DNA of 64,000 nucleotides from contig NW_005201851.1 in the NCBI RefSeq assembly GCF_000372725.1, positions 123,953-187,952 on the forward strand, given 5' to 3'. Position 1 is the first letter of the stretch, and the number at the start of each line of letters is the position of its first letter. This document shows positions 49,030-60,344 of the stretch, piece by piece. This stretch comes from Emiliania huxleyi CCMP1516 (lineage: Eukaryota). A model generated the notes under the pieces. That model worked only from the letters and a program-made list of their open reading frames with translations, had not been told where the DNA came from and made no database searches. A program made the position numbers and the translations under genes.

Positions 49030-50917
49030 ATGGCCCTCATGCGAACAAGCCGGGGCCCCAAGGTCAAGCTTACCCTGGAGGCCGGCCCTGGCGGCATCGT
49101 TTGTGCCACGCTGACAAAGGAGCAGCGCACGGAGGCGATCAAGAGGCCCTCGGTCAAGGAGATGGTCGAGGTGTTCGAGCCGATCTACAAGAAGGTCATG
49201 CCTTCCGCCTCCGTGGTGGCACATCCGTAGCCACCCTCTCCGTCTCCCCCCCAACGCCCCCCGTCGCCCATGCCACCCTCATAGGTGCTGCTCGATGGCC
49301 TCCTCGGAAAGAAGGTGGCGCTCTTTGCAGAGGGCCGCCGCCGCCGCGTCCCCTGCGGGCCCAGCCTGGCGCCCTACCTGAATGCGCCTTCCGACCAAGA
49401 GTTGCACTTCAAGGTGCGTTTCTGCCCCGAGGCGAAGTTCCTCGCACCCACTCGCGGCGACAAGGCTGGGCCGAATGCCGATTCGGCACCCGACAACGAT
49501 GGGTGGTACAAGAAGGGCCCCAAGGTGCGTTGCTGCGTGATGACATTCTCACCCCAACAGCCCGTTACCCCCTCCCCCGCCCCTTGCCTGCTTGCAGGAA
49601 CTGTTCACGTGGGCGGAGGCAGCGGCCTCCTCGCGCTCATCCTATCTGGATGGGCTCAAGCAGTGCTTCGAGGCCGGCCAACTTTCCTTTGCTCAATGCG
49701 TGTCGAAGGTCAAGCTGGCTGTGCAGCAGGCGCAAGTGGACAACGTCGTTGTGCCCCTGCCCAAAGACAAGGCGATTGCGAAGTCCGCCAACCGCACCCG
49801 TAAGATGCACACCCGCAGGATGCACATGCTCGGCCGCAACCGAAGCGTCGGCAAGACCGACGTCGACGGCTTTGATTCGGCCGAGTCAAGCTTTAGTGAT
49901 CGGCTCGGCCCGCTGAGCCCCGGCCTGCGCGGGTGGCGCAAGCTCGCCTTGCGGGAGGCGGCGGCCAAGGAAAAGGCTGTGTTCGAGGCCCCACGCAAGG
50001 AGATGAAGAAGGTGGAGGACATCTACTATGACGAGAAGGCTGCGGCCGAGGCCATGGCCAAGGCTGCGGCGTTACGCCTTCTTGCCTCGGCCCTTCTTGT
50101 CAAGGCGTACCGCCGGTTGAGCGTCACGCACCACCCCGACAAGGGATTCTCAAGCTCGCCGCTGTGCCCCGCGTCGTAGGTGAAGCGCAAGGCAGAGCAG
50201 GCTGCGGAGGCGGGGCGTGAAGCGAGCCAGGACGGCGCTGCCATCTCCGTCGCCTCCGAGGCCATGGCCAAGGCTGCGGCGTTACGCCTTCTTGCCTCGG
50301 CCCTTCTTGTCAAGGCGTACCGCCGGCGCCTTCTTGCCTCGGCCCTTCTTGTCAAGGCGTACCGCCGGTTGAGCGTCACGCACCACCCCGACAAGGGATT
50401 CTCAAGCTCGCCGCTGTGCCCCGCGTCGTAGGTGAAGCGCAAGGCAGAGCAGGCTGCGGAGGCGGGGCGTGAAGCGAGCCAGGACGGCGCTGCCATCTCC
50501 GTCGCCTCCGACGACGCCTCCGAGGACGCTGTCATAGAGCGGGCTCACCACCTCATTGTCCCCGCCACCGATCCAACCACTGTCTCGCAGGCCGATGCGG
50601 CGTCGCAGCCCAAGCCGCCGCTCGAGCTGTCCGTGATCGTTGTTACTTACATGAAGCCCGAAGGCAGGAAGAACGAGAAGGAGTTCTCCGTGGACCATAC
50701 GGTGAAATATGTTCTCGAGTCTTTCGGATTCACGGGCCGCGAGCACCGCTTCCTGCAAAACCACGCTTCTACCCCTCTACACACGTCTGATGATCGCCTC
50801 TCCGACTTTCTCGACCCGGGAGCCAAGATCACGCTCGACCACGGCGGACTTTCTGGTGGATGCCCCTCTTCCTCAACGGCACCCGCTGTACCCGCGGCAC
50901 TCGCGGCAATGACATGA
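49030..50917 (+). CDS. Hypothetical spliced gene or pseudogene with a duplicated partial J-domain (HPD) and a ubiquitin-like C-terminal segment
   Basis: GT-AG introns near 49195-49284 and 49525-49597; KAYRRLSVTHHPDKG occurs twice; last exon ends KITLDHGGLSGG. Confidence 0.4.
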
Positions 50918-51683
50918 ACAATTGATATTCGCCCGACTACCGTCGCCGCCGCCGCCGTCGCCTAGCCCGTCGCCACGGATCCAGCCGCCACCGTTGCCTC
51001 CCTCTCACCACTGCCTCTCTCGCCACCGCCCGCCCTCGCCGCCACCCGCCCCGCCGCCGGGGCCTCACTACCGCCTCCTCTGCGCCGTCTCCCACGCCGC
51101 CGCCGCCTGCTTCGCCCCCGCCCGCCTCGCCGTCGCCCTCGTCGCCACTGCCGCCGCCGTCGCTGTCGTCGCCAGTGCCACCGGACCGCCGCATCACCAC
51201 ATACTGGGGGGCGGCGGGGCGCGGGGGCGACTGGGTCCGCCTCGCTCCGCCCTTTTCCCGCCACGGCCCTCGTCACCAAGCTGTCAAGTCACCGCCGCCG
51301 ACCCAGCAACGCCTACCCCGGGGGCCACCGCCAGGCCAGCTGACTCCCTCACCGCCGACTCAATCGCCTCCAGCGCTAGCCCGGGGCTCCTGCCGTCATC
51401 CGCGCCGCTGCCCGGGGCTCCGCTGTCGCCCTCGCCGCTGCTAGGTAGCTTCACGCAGTCGCTGCTCCGCCCGCTCGTCGCTAGCTTCGCGCCGAGAGCC
51501 ACCGCGTGGCAGCGAAGGGATGGTTCAGGCCGCGGCGGTGCGACAGGGCGGCCGCGTTGGCGGGGGTGGACTCAGCGGTGTTGGCCAGGGATGGTGACGG
51601 CAATGGTGGCAATGTCTCAGGACACGGCAGTGGCGGTGACGGTCGGGACGGGTTCGGCTGCTGCAGCGGCGCGAAGTCGGTCG

Positions 51684-52114
51684 TTAGGGTTAGGGTTAGG
51701 GTTCGGGTTAGGGTTAGCTCAAGGTTAGGGTTAGCTTTCCGGCACTGGCCATGGCTACCGCGCGCTAGGCCATGGCCTCGGCCGTCACGGCCACACTCGA
51801 GGATGGCTCCGATCAACATGGACCATGGCTGAGCCGCCGCTCAGCCACCACGCCACATGGCCGGGCCGTACAGCCAAACGGAGGGCCATGGCTGCAGCCG
51901 ATCGCCGGCGTATGGCCTGATGGCCCAGCCATGGCCACGCCGGGCAAGCCGGCTCCGCCATGGCTAAGCCGACGATTGAGCCATCGGGCCATACACACAG
52001 GGATCGGCCGTAGCCATGGCCTCCGAGTGGCCAGATTGACACGCCCCTGCCGCGTCTCGGCCATGGCGCGGAGCATCGCCTAGCCACCCCGGCCATATGG
52101 TTCGGAGGCGCTGT
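51684..52114. repeat. (TTAGGG)n tract followed by CCATGG-rich satellite-related sequence
   Basis: ttagggttagggttaggg at ~51684-51733; 51925-52114 is a diverged copy of the 189-bp unit. Confidence 0.75.
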
Positions 52115-52214
52115 NNNNNNNNNNNNNNNNNNNNNNNNNNNNNNNNNNNNNNNNNNNNNNNNNNNNNNNNNNNNNNNNNNNNNNNNNNNNNNNNNNNNNN
52201 NNNNNNNNNNNNNN

Positions 52215-52987
52215 TGTCGGCTGGACGCTTCCACAGCCTCGCTATCTCCGCCGACGGACCCTTCTGGAGCTGGGGTGGTGGAGCCTTTGGCCAGCTGGGC
52301 CACGGCGACCAGCAGGGCCAGCTGCTTCCAAAGAAGGTCGAGGCCTTCGCTGGGCGGCGCATCGTCGCTGTGTCGGCTGGAGAGCACCACAGTATCGCCC
52401 TCACCGCCGACGGCGCCGTCTGGAGCTGGGGCTGGGGAGCCTATGGCCGGTTGGGCCACGGCGACGAGCAGGGTCAGCCGCTGCCCAAGAAGATCGAGGC
52501 CTTTGCTGGCCGGCGCATATTAGCTGTGACGGCTGGAGACGCGCACAGCCTCGCCCTCACCGCCGATGGCGCCGTCTGGAGCTGGGGCGATGGATACGGC
52601 GGCAAGCTGGGCCACGGCGACGGGCAGAACCAGCTGCTGCCCAAGAAGATCGAGGCCTTGGCTGGCCCGCGCGTCGTCGCTGTGTCGGCCGGAGGCAACC
52701 ACAACCTCGCCCTTACCGCCAACGGTAGTGTCTGGAGCTGGGGCTGGGGAGCCGGCGGCCAGTTGGGCCACGGCGACGAGCAGACGCAGCTGCTGCCCAA
52801 GAAGGTCGAGGGTTTTGCTGGCGAGCGCGTCGCCGCTGTGTCGGCTGGAGAGTACCACAGCATCGCCATCGCCGACGGCGCCGTCTTCACCTGGGGCGGG
52901 GGCGACGGCGGCTGCCTAGGCCACGGAGAGGACCTGTCGAAGCAGCTGCTGCCCAAGAAGGTCGAGGCGTGGTCGTTGGGGCCATAG
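52215..52987 (+). CDS. RCC1-repeat paralog 4, 5' end lost in a gap
   Basis: Five RCC1 repeats with the family C-terminus (GHGEDLSKQLLPKKVEAW). Confidence 0.8.
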
Positions 52988-53141
52988 CGTGTGTATGCCC
53001 GGAGACACGCTGAAAGAAAGAAATAAAGAAAGAAAACAGACACCCCAAGGGAGGATGTTTTTCTTTTTTGCTACGGCTTGCTGGTGCGCCCGTTCGTAGG
53101 AGCTATATTCCGCCGCCCCGCACATTCCTCTGGGCAGCAGC

Positions 53142-53558
53142 ATGCCCCCTCAGCCTCCCGCGCTCCTCGACGACGACGACTGGCTCGCTCCTCCGCTCGA
53201 GGCGGCGCTGGGCGAGGTCTTCTGCCGCTTCGACGCCGACGCGGATGGCGCCTGGTCGACGGCAGAGCTGCAGTCGTTTGCGCGCACGTGCAACGGCGGC
53301 GATGAGTTCGGTGAGGCGGAGCTGTCGCAGGTGGGCGAGTTCACGACGGACGGGCACGGCCGCCTCACGCGCCGCGGCTTTCTCGAGATGATGCACCTGC
53401 AGACGATGGCGCGGCCGGAGGACACTTGGGCGGACCTGCGCGCGCTCGGGTACGACTCGTCGCTCTCGCCAAAGGGCGTGCCCGGCTCGAGCGGCGCCGA
53501 GGCGGCGCCGTCGGAGAAGCCAGAGTCGGTGGCAGCGGCGCGGGGCAGTAGAAGCTGA
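53142..53558 (+). CDS. EF-hand protein; may splice on to exons at ~53740-54100
   Basis: FCRFDADADGAWSTAEL and TTDGHGRLTRRGFLEM EF-hand loops, ending DLRALGYD. Confidence 0.7.
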   Translation: MPPQPPALLDDDDWLAPPLEAALGEVFCRFDADADGAWSTAELQSFARTCNGGDEFGEAELSQVGEFTTDGHGRLTRRGFLEMMHLQTMARPEDTWADLRALGYDSSLSPKGVPGSSGAEAAPSEKPESVAAARGSRS

Positions 53559-53891
53559 CCACGTCTCTTTCCAAGTAGCACTCGTACTCCGCTGCTTCAG
53601 CAGTACGCGCAGTACGATGTGCTGCACGACACGTGTATCCACACCCCGACATTGCATTCACACCGTGGGAGCGGGACGCCCGCTCGGCCCATATCTCCCC
53701 CACATCTCCTCATAGGAGCGGGATGCCCGCCTCGCGCGCACGCTTCAGAGCGAGGCGGACGCAGAGCTGGCGGCCAAGCTTGCCGAGAGCCTGCAGGCGG
53801 CCGGCTGCTGGAGAGCGAAGGCCGCTGCTGTGAATGGCGTCTCTTCACGCTCGCGTGGCTGCCAGCAGGCGGAGCTCATCATCGAGGAGCA

Positions 53892-53941
<50 letters not shown>

Positions 53942-54691
53942 AGCTGGCGGGCGGCGGCGGAGACGGCAGGGGCAAGAAGAAGAAGGGCAAGAAGAAGGGC
54001 GGGGGGGGAGGGGGGGGCGGCGGCGTTGGCGGCGGCGTGGCCGTCCTCGACGGCGGGTCTCGAGACGGGAGGCTGGAGGCGCCCGCCCACAAGCAGGCGC
54101 CGTGTCCTTCGGAGACACAAGCCTCTCTCACAGCCACACTGGCACGGCGAGGGCGTGGACGGGCGCGCGCTACCACACACGCACACACACGCACACACAC
54201 ACACGCACGCACGCACGCACGCACACACACGCACACACACACACGCACGCACGCACGCACGCACACACACGCACACACACACACACGCACACTCACACAC
54301 ACACACACATACACACGTCACACACTCATGCGCGGGCGCGGCGCGGTCGCGAACACACTCCGGGCTCGTCCACTTTTTATCCGCCGGCGGGGCCAAAAAA
54401 AAGGCAACCCGCACTGGCGTTGAGCGGGGGCTTTTTCCTCGACGGGAACTTCTTTCTTCTCTATTTCGCTCCTTACCGTAAGGGCCGCAACCTTGGTGAG
54501 GCCACCTCGGGGGCCAATGTCGGGGGCTTTTAAGAACAACGGGTTTCCTTGGGGGGGCGTCTCTCAAAAAATGCTTGAAAAAATGCCATTGNNNNNNNNN
54601 NNNNNNNNNNNNNNNNNNNNNNNNNNNNNNNNNNNNNNNNNNNNNNNNNNNNNNNNNNNNNNNNNNNNNNNNNNNNNNNNNNNNNNNNNNN

Positions 54692-55595
54692 CCTCTCCGC
54701 CATGGCTAAGTCGATGATTGAGCCATCGGGCCATAGCCGGCGATCGGCCATAGCCATGGCCAGATTTTGCACACGCCCTCTGCCGCGCTCGGCCATGGCG
54801 CGGCGCCTAGCCATATGGTTCGGAGGCGCTGCAGCCATGGCCACGCCCGGCAAGCCGGGAGTCGCGAGACCACGCCCACACCTCTCCGCCATGGCTAAGC
54901 CGATGATTGAGCCATCGGGCCATAGCCGGCGATCGGCCATAGCCATGGCCAGATTTTGCACACGCCCTCTGCCGCGCTCGGCCATGGCGCGGCGCCTAGC
55001 CATATGGTTCGGAGGCGCTGCAGCCATGGCCACGCCCGGCAAGCCGGGAGTCGCGAGACCACGCCCACACCTCTCCGCCATGGCTAAGCCGATGATTGAG
55101 CCATCGGGCCATAGCCGGCGATCGGCCATAGCCATGGCCAGATTTTGCACACGCCCTCTGCCGCGCTCGGCCATGGCGCGGCGCCTAGCCATATGGTTCG
55201 GAGGCGCTGCAGCCATGGCCACGCCCGGCAAGCCGGGAGTCGCGAGACCACGCCCACACCTCTCCGCCATGGCTAAGCCGATGATTGAGCCATCGGGCCA
55301 TAGCCGGCGATCGGCCATAGCCATGGCCAGATTTTGCACACGCCCTCTGCCGCGCTCGGCCATGGCGCGGCGCCTAGCCATATGGTTCGGAGGCGCTGCA
55401 GCCATGGCCACGCCCGGCAAGCCGGGAGTCGCGAGACCGCGCCCACACCTCTCCGCCATGGCTAAGCCGATGATTGAGCCATCGGGCCATAGCCGGCGAT
55501 CGGCCATAGCCATGGCCAGATTTTGCACACGCCCTCTGCCGCGCTCGGCCATGCCCATGGCGCGGCACAGCGCCTAGCCCCCACGGCCATATGGT
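54692..55595. repeat. 189-bp tandem satellite rich in GCCATGGC palindromes, at least 4.6 near-identical copies
   Basis: Unit starts at 54692, 54881, 55070, 55259 and 55448. Confidence 0.95.
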
Positions 55596-55838
55596 TCGTT
55601 GCATTAGGGTTCATTAGGGTCTCAGCATATGTGGGGAGGAGACCCTCTTGAACAAAACTATTCAACTCAGCGAAAACCTTTTGGTACACGTGATGCGCGG
55701 GACACTCGTCTCGCGACCGCGCCCCGCTCCGCCCGCGGGTAAGCCGACGATCGAGCCAGCAGGCCATGCGTCGGTGACTGGTACGGAAGGAGAGAAGCGG
55801 CTAGCACAGCATAGATGCTCTTGGCAGTGAAGAAAAAA

Positions 55839-56561
55839 CTAGCAGTGCTGAACAACGGAAATCTGTGGCAACCACAGGTCTTCCGGTTCATGAGCAAACC
55901 TCACCAACACTGACGACGAGTCCTCATCAACGCGTTCAACCAGGCCGGTCTTGCCCAGAACACCCCGCACAGTAGGCCAAGGGGTTGAAGGGACGGAGTC
56001 AATCATGACCTTTAACCGTGAGAAACCTACTCTAGCGGCGGTGCACGTGACAACGTCGCCTTCGCTTGGAGCCCAGCCGCTGCTGATGTCACCGCGCTCT
56101 CCAAAAGATGCGAGTTGCTCGATCACATACTGCGCGTCACGCCTGCCATCGTCTGCCATTCGAACCAGCTGTATGTGCAACTGAAGCTGTGCAATTTGCA
56201 AATTTTCGTCACTGTTGCCAGTAAAGGCGCGAGCAAGTAGGTCGTTCATGTCGGCGCGATTGGCTGCATTGGTGGTGCTCGCTTGCAGCTTGCGACGCAA
56301 CCAATCTCTGGTGTCCATGACACTGAAGACCCTCCACTGTTGTCCGAGCCCAACCAGATGTTGCACTGTGTTTGCAATAGTGTGGAGTGGAGTCACCGAC
56401 TTGTCGGACAACAGAAGACCAGTGACCGGGCTGGTGTCGTTTGCTCTCAGCCATCGCTCGATCGCTTCACGCTCGTAGACATGACCGTCGCGGGTCATTA
56501 CTGGCTCCAAGAACAGCTGATGGGTGATAGGACAGGAAAGCTCGCGCGCGACCTGGTCCAT
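55839..56561 (-). CDS. U-box E3 ligase-like protein with a C-terminal Mind-bomb-type SH3-like repeat
   Basis: LSCPITHQLFLEPV..DGHVYEREAIERWL..TSPVT U-box; GDVV...W...LGKTGLV...VLVRF...W.P C-terminal module. Confidence 0.8.
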   Translation of the reverse strand: MDQVARELSCPITHQLFLEPVMTRDGHVYEREAIERWLRANDTSPVTGLLLSDKSVTPLHTIANTVQHLVGLGQQWRVFSVMDTRDWLRRKLQASTTNAANRADMNDLLARAFTGNSDENLQIAQLQLHIQLVRMADDGRRDAQYVIEQLASFGERGDISSGWAPSEGDVVTCTAARVGFSRLKVMIDSVPSTPWPTVRGVLGKTGLVERVDEDSSSVLVRFAHEPEDLWLPQISVVQHC

Positions 56562-56658
56562 TTCCAGTGTCTGGCTCTTTTCCGGCCCGAGCCGGCACCG
56601 TATAAGTTTTGACTGTCGTAGGTATATTGTTTTGACTGGACATAAATGAAAAACTAGA

Positions 56659-56975
56659 GAGCTACCCCTCGGCGGGTGGTGCAACGCGGTCAAGCGGCTG
56701 TTCTACCAGATGAAGGACAAGGTGCTCTCGAAGCGGCAGCACGAGGACGAGGCGAGCTGGTCGACGCGGTCGTGGCTGTCGCTGCAGGCCCAGCGCATGT
56801 CAGTCGCGCTGCAGCTCGCGGCGGCGGAAGAGATTGCGACCGAGCTCAGGCTCACCGCGGCGTCGGAGGACGCCGCCGTCGCCTAGACTCCCCTGCGTCA
56901 CTACGTGCCTCCCCGTCTTTGTAGCCTGGCGTTTGTGCCCCGTCTGTGCCGCGTCCTGTACCCTCGAGTTCATTT
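56659..56975 (+). mobile_element. 3' end of a second RLE-type non-LTR subfamily
   Basis: Encodes GGWCNAVKRLF...EDEASWSTRSWLSLQAQRMSVALQ (stop 56886), homologous to DEATWTTKSWLGLQRQRISVVLH. Its 3' UTR recurs at ~47853-47989. Confidence 0.65.
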
Positions 56976-58049
56976 TATAAAAGACGGGACTGGCGCGCAC
57001 TGGCACTAACACAGGTACACCACTAAAAAGAGAAAGCGGACAGCGAACAAGAATTTTACAACAAAAAAAGTAAAGAGCTACATACACTGGAAAAAAGAGT
57101 CCTCCTTCTGGAATCGTCAGAGCCACACATTGAAAAAGAAACACCCGGCGCAAGTCGGACGTCCCCGCTTGCGTCCCACATATGGCCGGTCAAGGCACTT
57201 TGGAGACGGGCTGTACGCGGCACACGAGCCGAGCTGGGACGAGCGCGAGTTCTGGTACGACTTTTTCACCGAGCACCCGCTGCCCCCTTACTGGCCACGC
57301 AAGTGCCTCAAGCTTGTCGGTACCGCATCGCCTCCGCCCTTGACACATCGATCGCCCCCCCCCCCCCCCCTCCCCTCCTCACCCCGGCCGTCCAACTATG
57401 CTTGTAGTTGGAGCCGCCTCCCTTTTGGGCATTGAGGGCGAGGAGGACCCCGGCGAGCAGCTCCCGGCTTGGAAGCGCGCCCGCCAGCACTTCGGCCTCG
57501 CTTACGAAGAGCGCTTCAACGCATGGGCGGCCGACGCAAGCGGCTCTGGTGATGGCCAAGAGGCCTTCTCCGACATTGCGTGGAAGGTGGCGGGCGCCAC
57601 CTTCGCTCGCCGCCGTGCGGAGATATCGACGCTCTTCAGCGGCATTCCAAGCTGGGCGGTTGAGGAGTACAGGCTGGCAGCGGGCCCGGTGGCGGCGGTG
57701 TAGAACCATCGGCCGATATGACCATCGGCCGCATGGCTGAACCATCTGTGGATTGGCCATGGCTAAAAACTGAGCTGGCTGTGGCCAAAATCTGGCAGAG
57801 ATGGCCAGACTCAGCAACTATGGCTGAACTCGAGCCTGTGTGGCCGACGAGGTGTTGTTGTGGCCATGCATGGCTGAGAGAGGTGTCCACATGGCCGAGA
57901 GGCAGCGTTGATGGCCGGATCGGAGAGGTGTGGCCGAGGCCATCGCGCCCATGGCCACAACGTGCCACCAGCCATGGCCCACGCCTCCTGTGTGTGTCTG
58001 AGCCATGGCTTTAGGGTATTATTAACACGGAAAAATTCTTTTTCTCGCG

Positions 58050-59456
58050 ATGTCTGCCCCTTCGCGCCGCTCGCGCCGCCTCGCATCCTCCGCCGCCGCC
58101 GCCGCTCTCTCGCCAGACACGCCGCCGCCCACCCGCCTCCTCGACCTCCCCACGGACCTCCTCGTGCGCGTCGTCTCTCGCTGCGACCCCGCCGACATCG
58201 CTCGCGTCGCGGCCGTCTCGCTCCTCTTCCACGCCTCGCTTGCGGTGGAGGGCATCCGCTTGTGGGCGCAAGAGCGCGGCTTCGAGCTGCCGGCGCAGCC
58301 AGAGGGCGAGGGCGCCGTGCGGTGGCTGTGCTATTCGGCGCTGCTGCGCGAGTCCAGCCCGCCGGCGAGGGCGGCGGCAGGCCAGTATCACAGCCTCTTC
58401 ATCGACGGCGAGGGGCGGCTCTCGTCGTGCGGCTCGGAGGAGCGACACCCAGCCCTGCTCGGGCACGGCGAGGGCGTGGCGCGGCTCAACACGCCGACCC
58501 TCCTCCCCTCCCCGCTGGGAGGTGAGCACGCCGTGAGCGTGTCGGCTGCAACCGGGCACAGCCTCGCCCTCGCCGCCGACGGCTCTGTCTGGAGCTGGGG
58601 CCAGGGAGGCTTTGGCCAGCTGGGCCACGGCGACGAGCGGAACCAGCTGCTGCCGAAGAAGATCGAGGCCTTTGCTGGCTACCGCGTCGTCGCTGTGTCG
58701 GCTGAATGCGTCCACAGCCTCGCCCTCACCGCTGATGGCAGCGTCTGGAGCTGGGGCTATGGAGCCCTTGGCCGGTTGGGCCACGGCGAAACGCACCAGC
58801 AGGACCAGCTGCTGCCCAAGAAGATGGAGGCCTTTGCTGGCTACCGCGTCGTCGCTGTCTCGGCTGGGTACGACCACAGCCTGGCCATCGCCGCCGACGG
58901 CTCCGTCTGGAGCTGGGGCTATGGAGGCTTTGGCCAGCTGGGCCACGGCGGCACGCACCAGCAGCTGCTGCCCAAGAAGGTCGAGGCCTTTGCTGGGCGG
59001 CGCGTCGTCGCTGTGTCGGCTGGGACCGCTCACAGCCTCGCCATCACCGCTGACGGCGCCGTCTGGAGCTGGGGCTCGGGAGGTTTTGGCAAGCTGGGCC
59101 ACGGCGACACGCACCAGCAGCTGCTGCCGAAGAAGGTCGAGGCCTTTGCTGGCCAGCGCGTCGTCGCTGTCTGGGCTGGATCAATGCATTGCCTCGCCAT
59201 CACCGCCGACGGCGCCGTCTGGAGCTGGGGCTGGGGAATGTTCGGCATGTTGGGCCACGGCGACACGCGGACCCAGCTGCTGCCCAAGAAGGTGGAGGCC
59301 TTGGCTGGCGGGCGCGTCGTTGCTGTGTCGGCTGGAGCCGAGCACAGCATCGCTCTCGCCGCCGACGGCGCCGTCTTTACGTGGGGCAAGGGCGATTGCA
59401 GCCGCCTAGGCCACGGAGAGGACATGTCGAACCAGCTGCTGCCCAAGAAGATTTAG
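58050..59456 (+). CDS. F-box + RCC1-repeat protein, paralog 5
   Basis: F-box-like motif plus 7 RCC1 repeats; a GAG>TAG change trims the last few residues relative to paralogs. Confidence 0.9.
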   Translation: MSAPSRRSRRLASSAAAAALSPDTPPPTRLLDLPTDLLVRVVSRCDPADIARVAAVSLLFHASLAVEGIRLWAQERGFELPAQPEGEGAVRWLCYSALLRESSPPARAAAGQYHSLFIDGEGRLSSCGSEERHPALLGHGEGVARLNTPTLLPSPLGGEHAVSVSAATGHSLALAADGSVWSWGQGGFGQLGHGDERNQLLPKKIEAFAGYRVVAVSAECVHSLALTADGSVWSWGYGALGRLGHGETHQQDQLLPKKMEAFAGYRVVAVSAGYDHSLAIAADGSVWSWGYGGFGQLGHGGTHQQLLPKKVEAFAGRRVVAVSAGTAHSLAITADGAVWSWGSGGFGKLGHGDTHQQLLPKKVEAFAGQRVVAVWAGSMHCLAITADGAVWSWGWGMFGMLGHGDTRTQLLPKKVEALAGGRVVAVSAGAEHSIALAADGAVFTWGKGDCSRLGHGEDMSNQLLPKKI

Positions 59457-59859
59457 TCGTGGGCGCGGGGGCACCGGGGTGGGTTCCCGACCTCGTCTCA
59501 CCCCGCTGGCTGCGAACGCGAACACCGTCATCCCAGCTGCACCCGTCCGCTCGCCTCACCGAGCGACGCGCGCCGAGCCACTTGTATCAGTACACAGTGT
59601 TGAGCTGCCTCGTGCAGGCCTGTGCTGCCGACGCGAGAGGCCGAGAGCTTGCTCTGGCTCGTGTCCCTGAAAACCCTGTCGCCTGTGCTCCGTCCGCGTC
59701 GCGGCCTCTGAGCTCCGTCGAGTCGCCCGGGCGCGCGCGGGCAGGCGCACCGAACTTACCGGAGGGTGTTTCAGACGGAGCCATTGTGCATTGAAAAGGA
59801 AATTAGTAGAGCCGTAGAGCCGTACACGTGCACCCCACCCTCATGGTCATCCCTCTCAA

Positions 59860-60135
59860 GCAGGAGGATGTACGAAGAGATTAGGAGCAGCAGGGACCCG
59901 AGGGACCATGTGGAAGACGGCTAGTGCTAGTCCCCCCGCCCGTGCGATCGGGAGGACGGACCCCGGCTATTCGCCGACCCTACCCACAAAGAACCCTGCA
60001 CAAAGGATCGCAAGGGCGGGGACCTGTTCCTTTTTACCCATCTCACAGTAGAGTGAGAGGTGTCGTTTTTTTATTTATTCAGCACGAGGTGTCGTTTTTA
60101 TTTATATTTCTCACAGTAGAGGTGTCGTTTTTTTT
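59860..60135 (+). mobile_element. 3' end of the (TTTA)n-tailed retroelement, terminus reiterated three times
   Basis: Reverse complement of 9551-9770; gaggtgtcgttttt occurs x3. Confidence 0.7.
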
Positions 60136-60344
60136 CGTCCCTCTCCCGACCACGAGGCAGCACCCGACGAGTCACGAGAGCAGGGGGGTGCCCTGGACTT
60201 GCGCGTGCGCTCGCTCTGCCCTCTCGCTCGAGTTCAGCCGCCGGGCTCTAGTTTATTCGAACTATCTTCGGTGCGCACCCCCCCCCCCCCCCCTCTAGCT
60301 GTGAACAGACAGGCGGGCGACGTGCCGAGCCGCGTGCGCGCGCT

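Noticed and set aside
54530..55577. Long ORFs on both strands with 63-aa repeats
   Set aside because: By-product of a GC-rich 189-bp (3n) satellite lacking stops; no protein features
24208..59456. Diversity-generating retroelement behind the RCC1 variability
   Set aside because: No DGR-type reverse transcriptase or template-repeat/variable-repeat pair seen, and changes do not look adenine-specific
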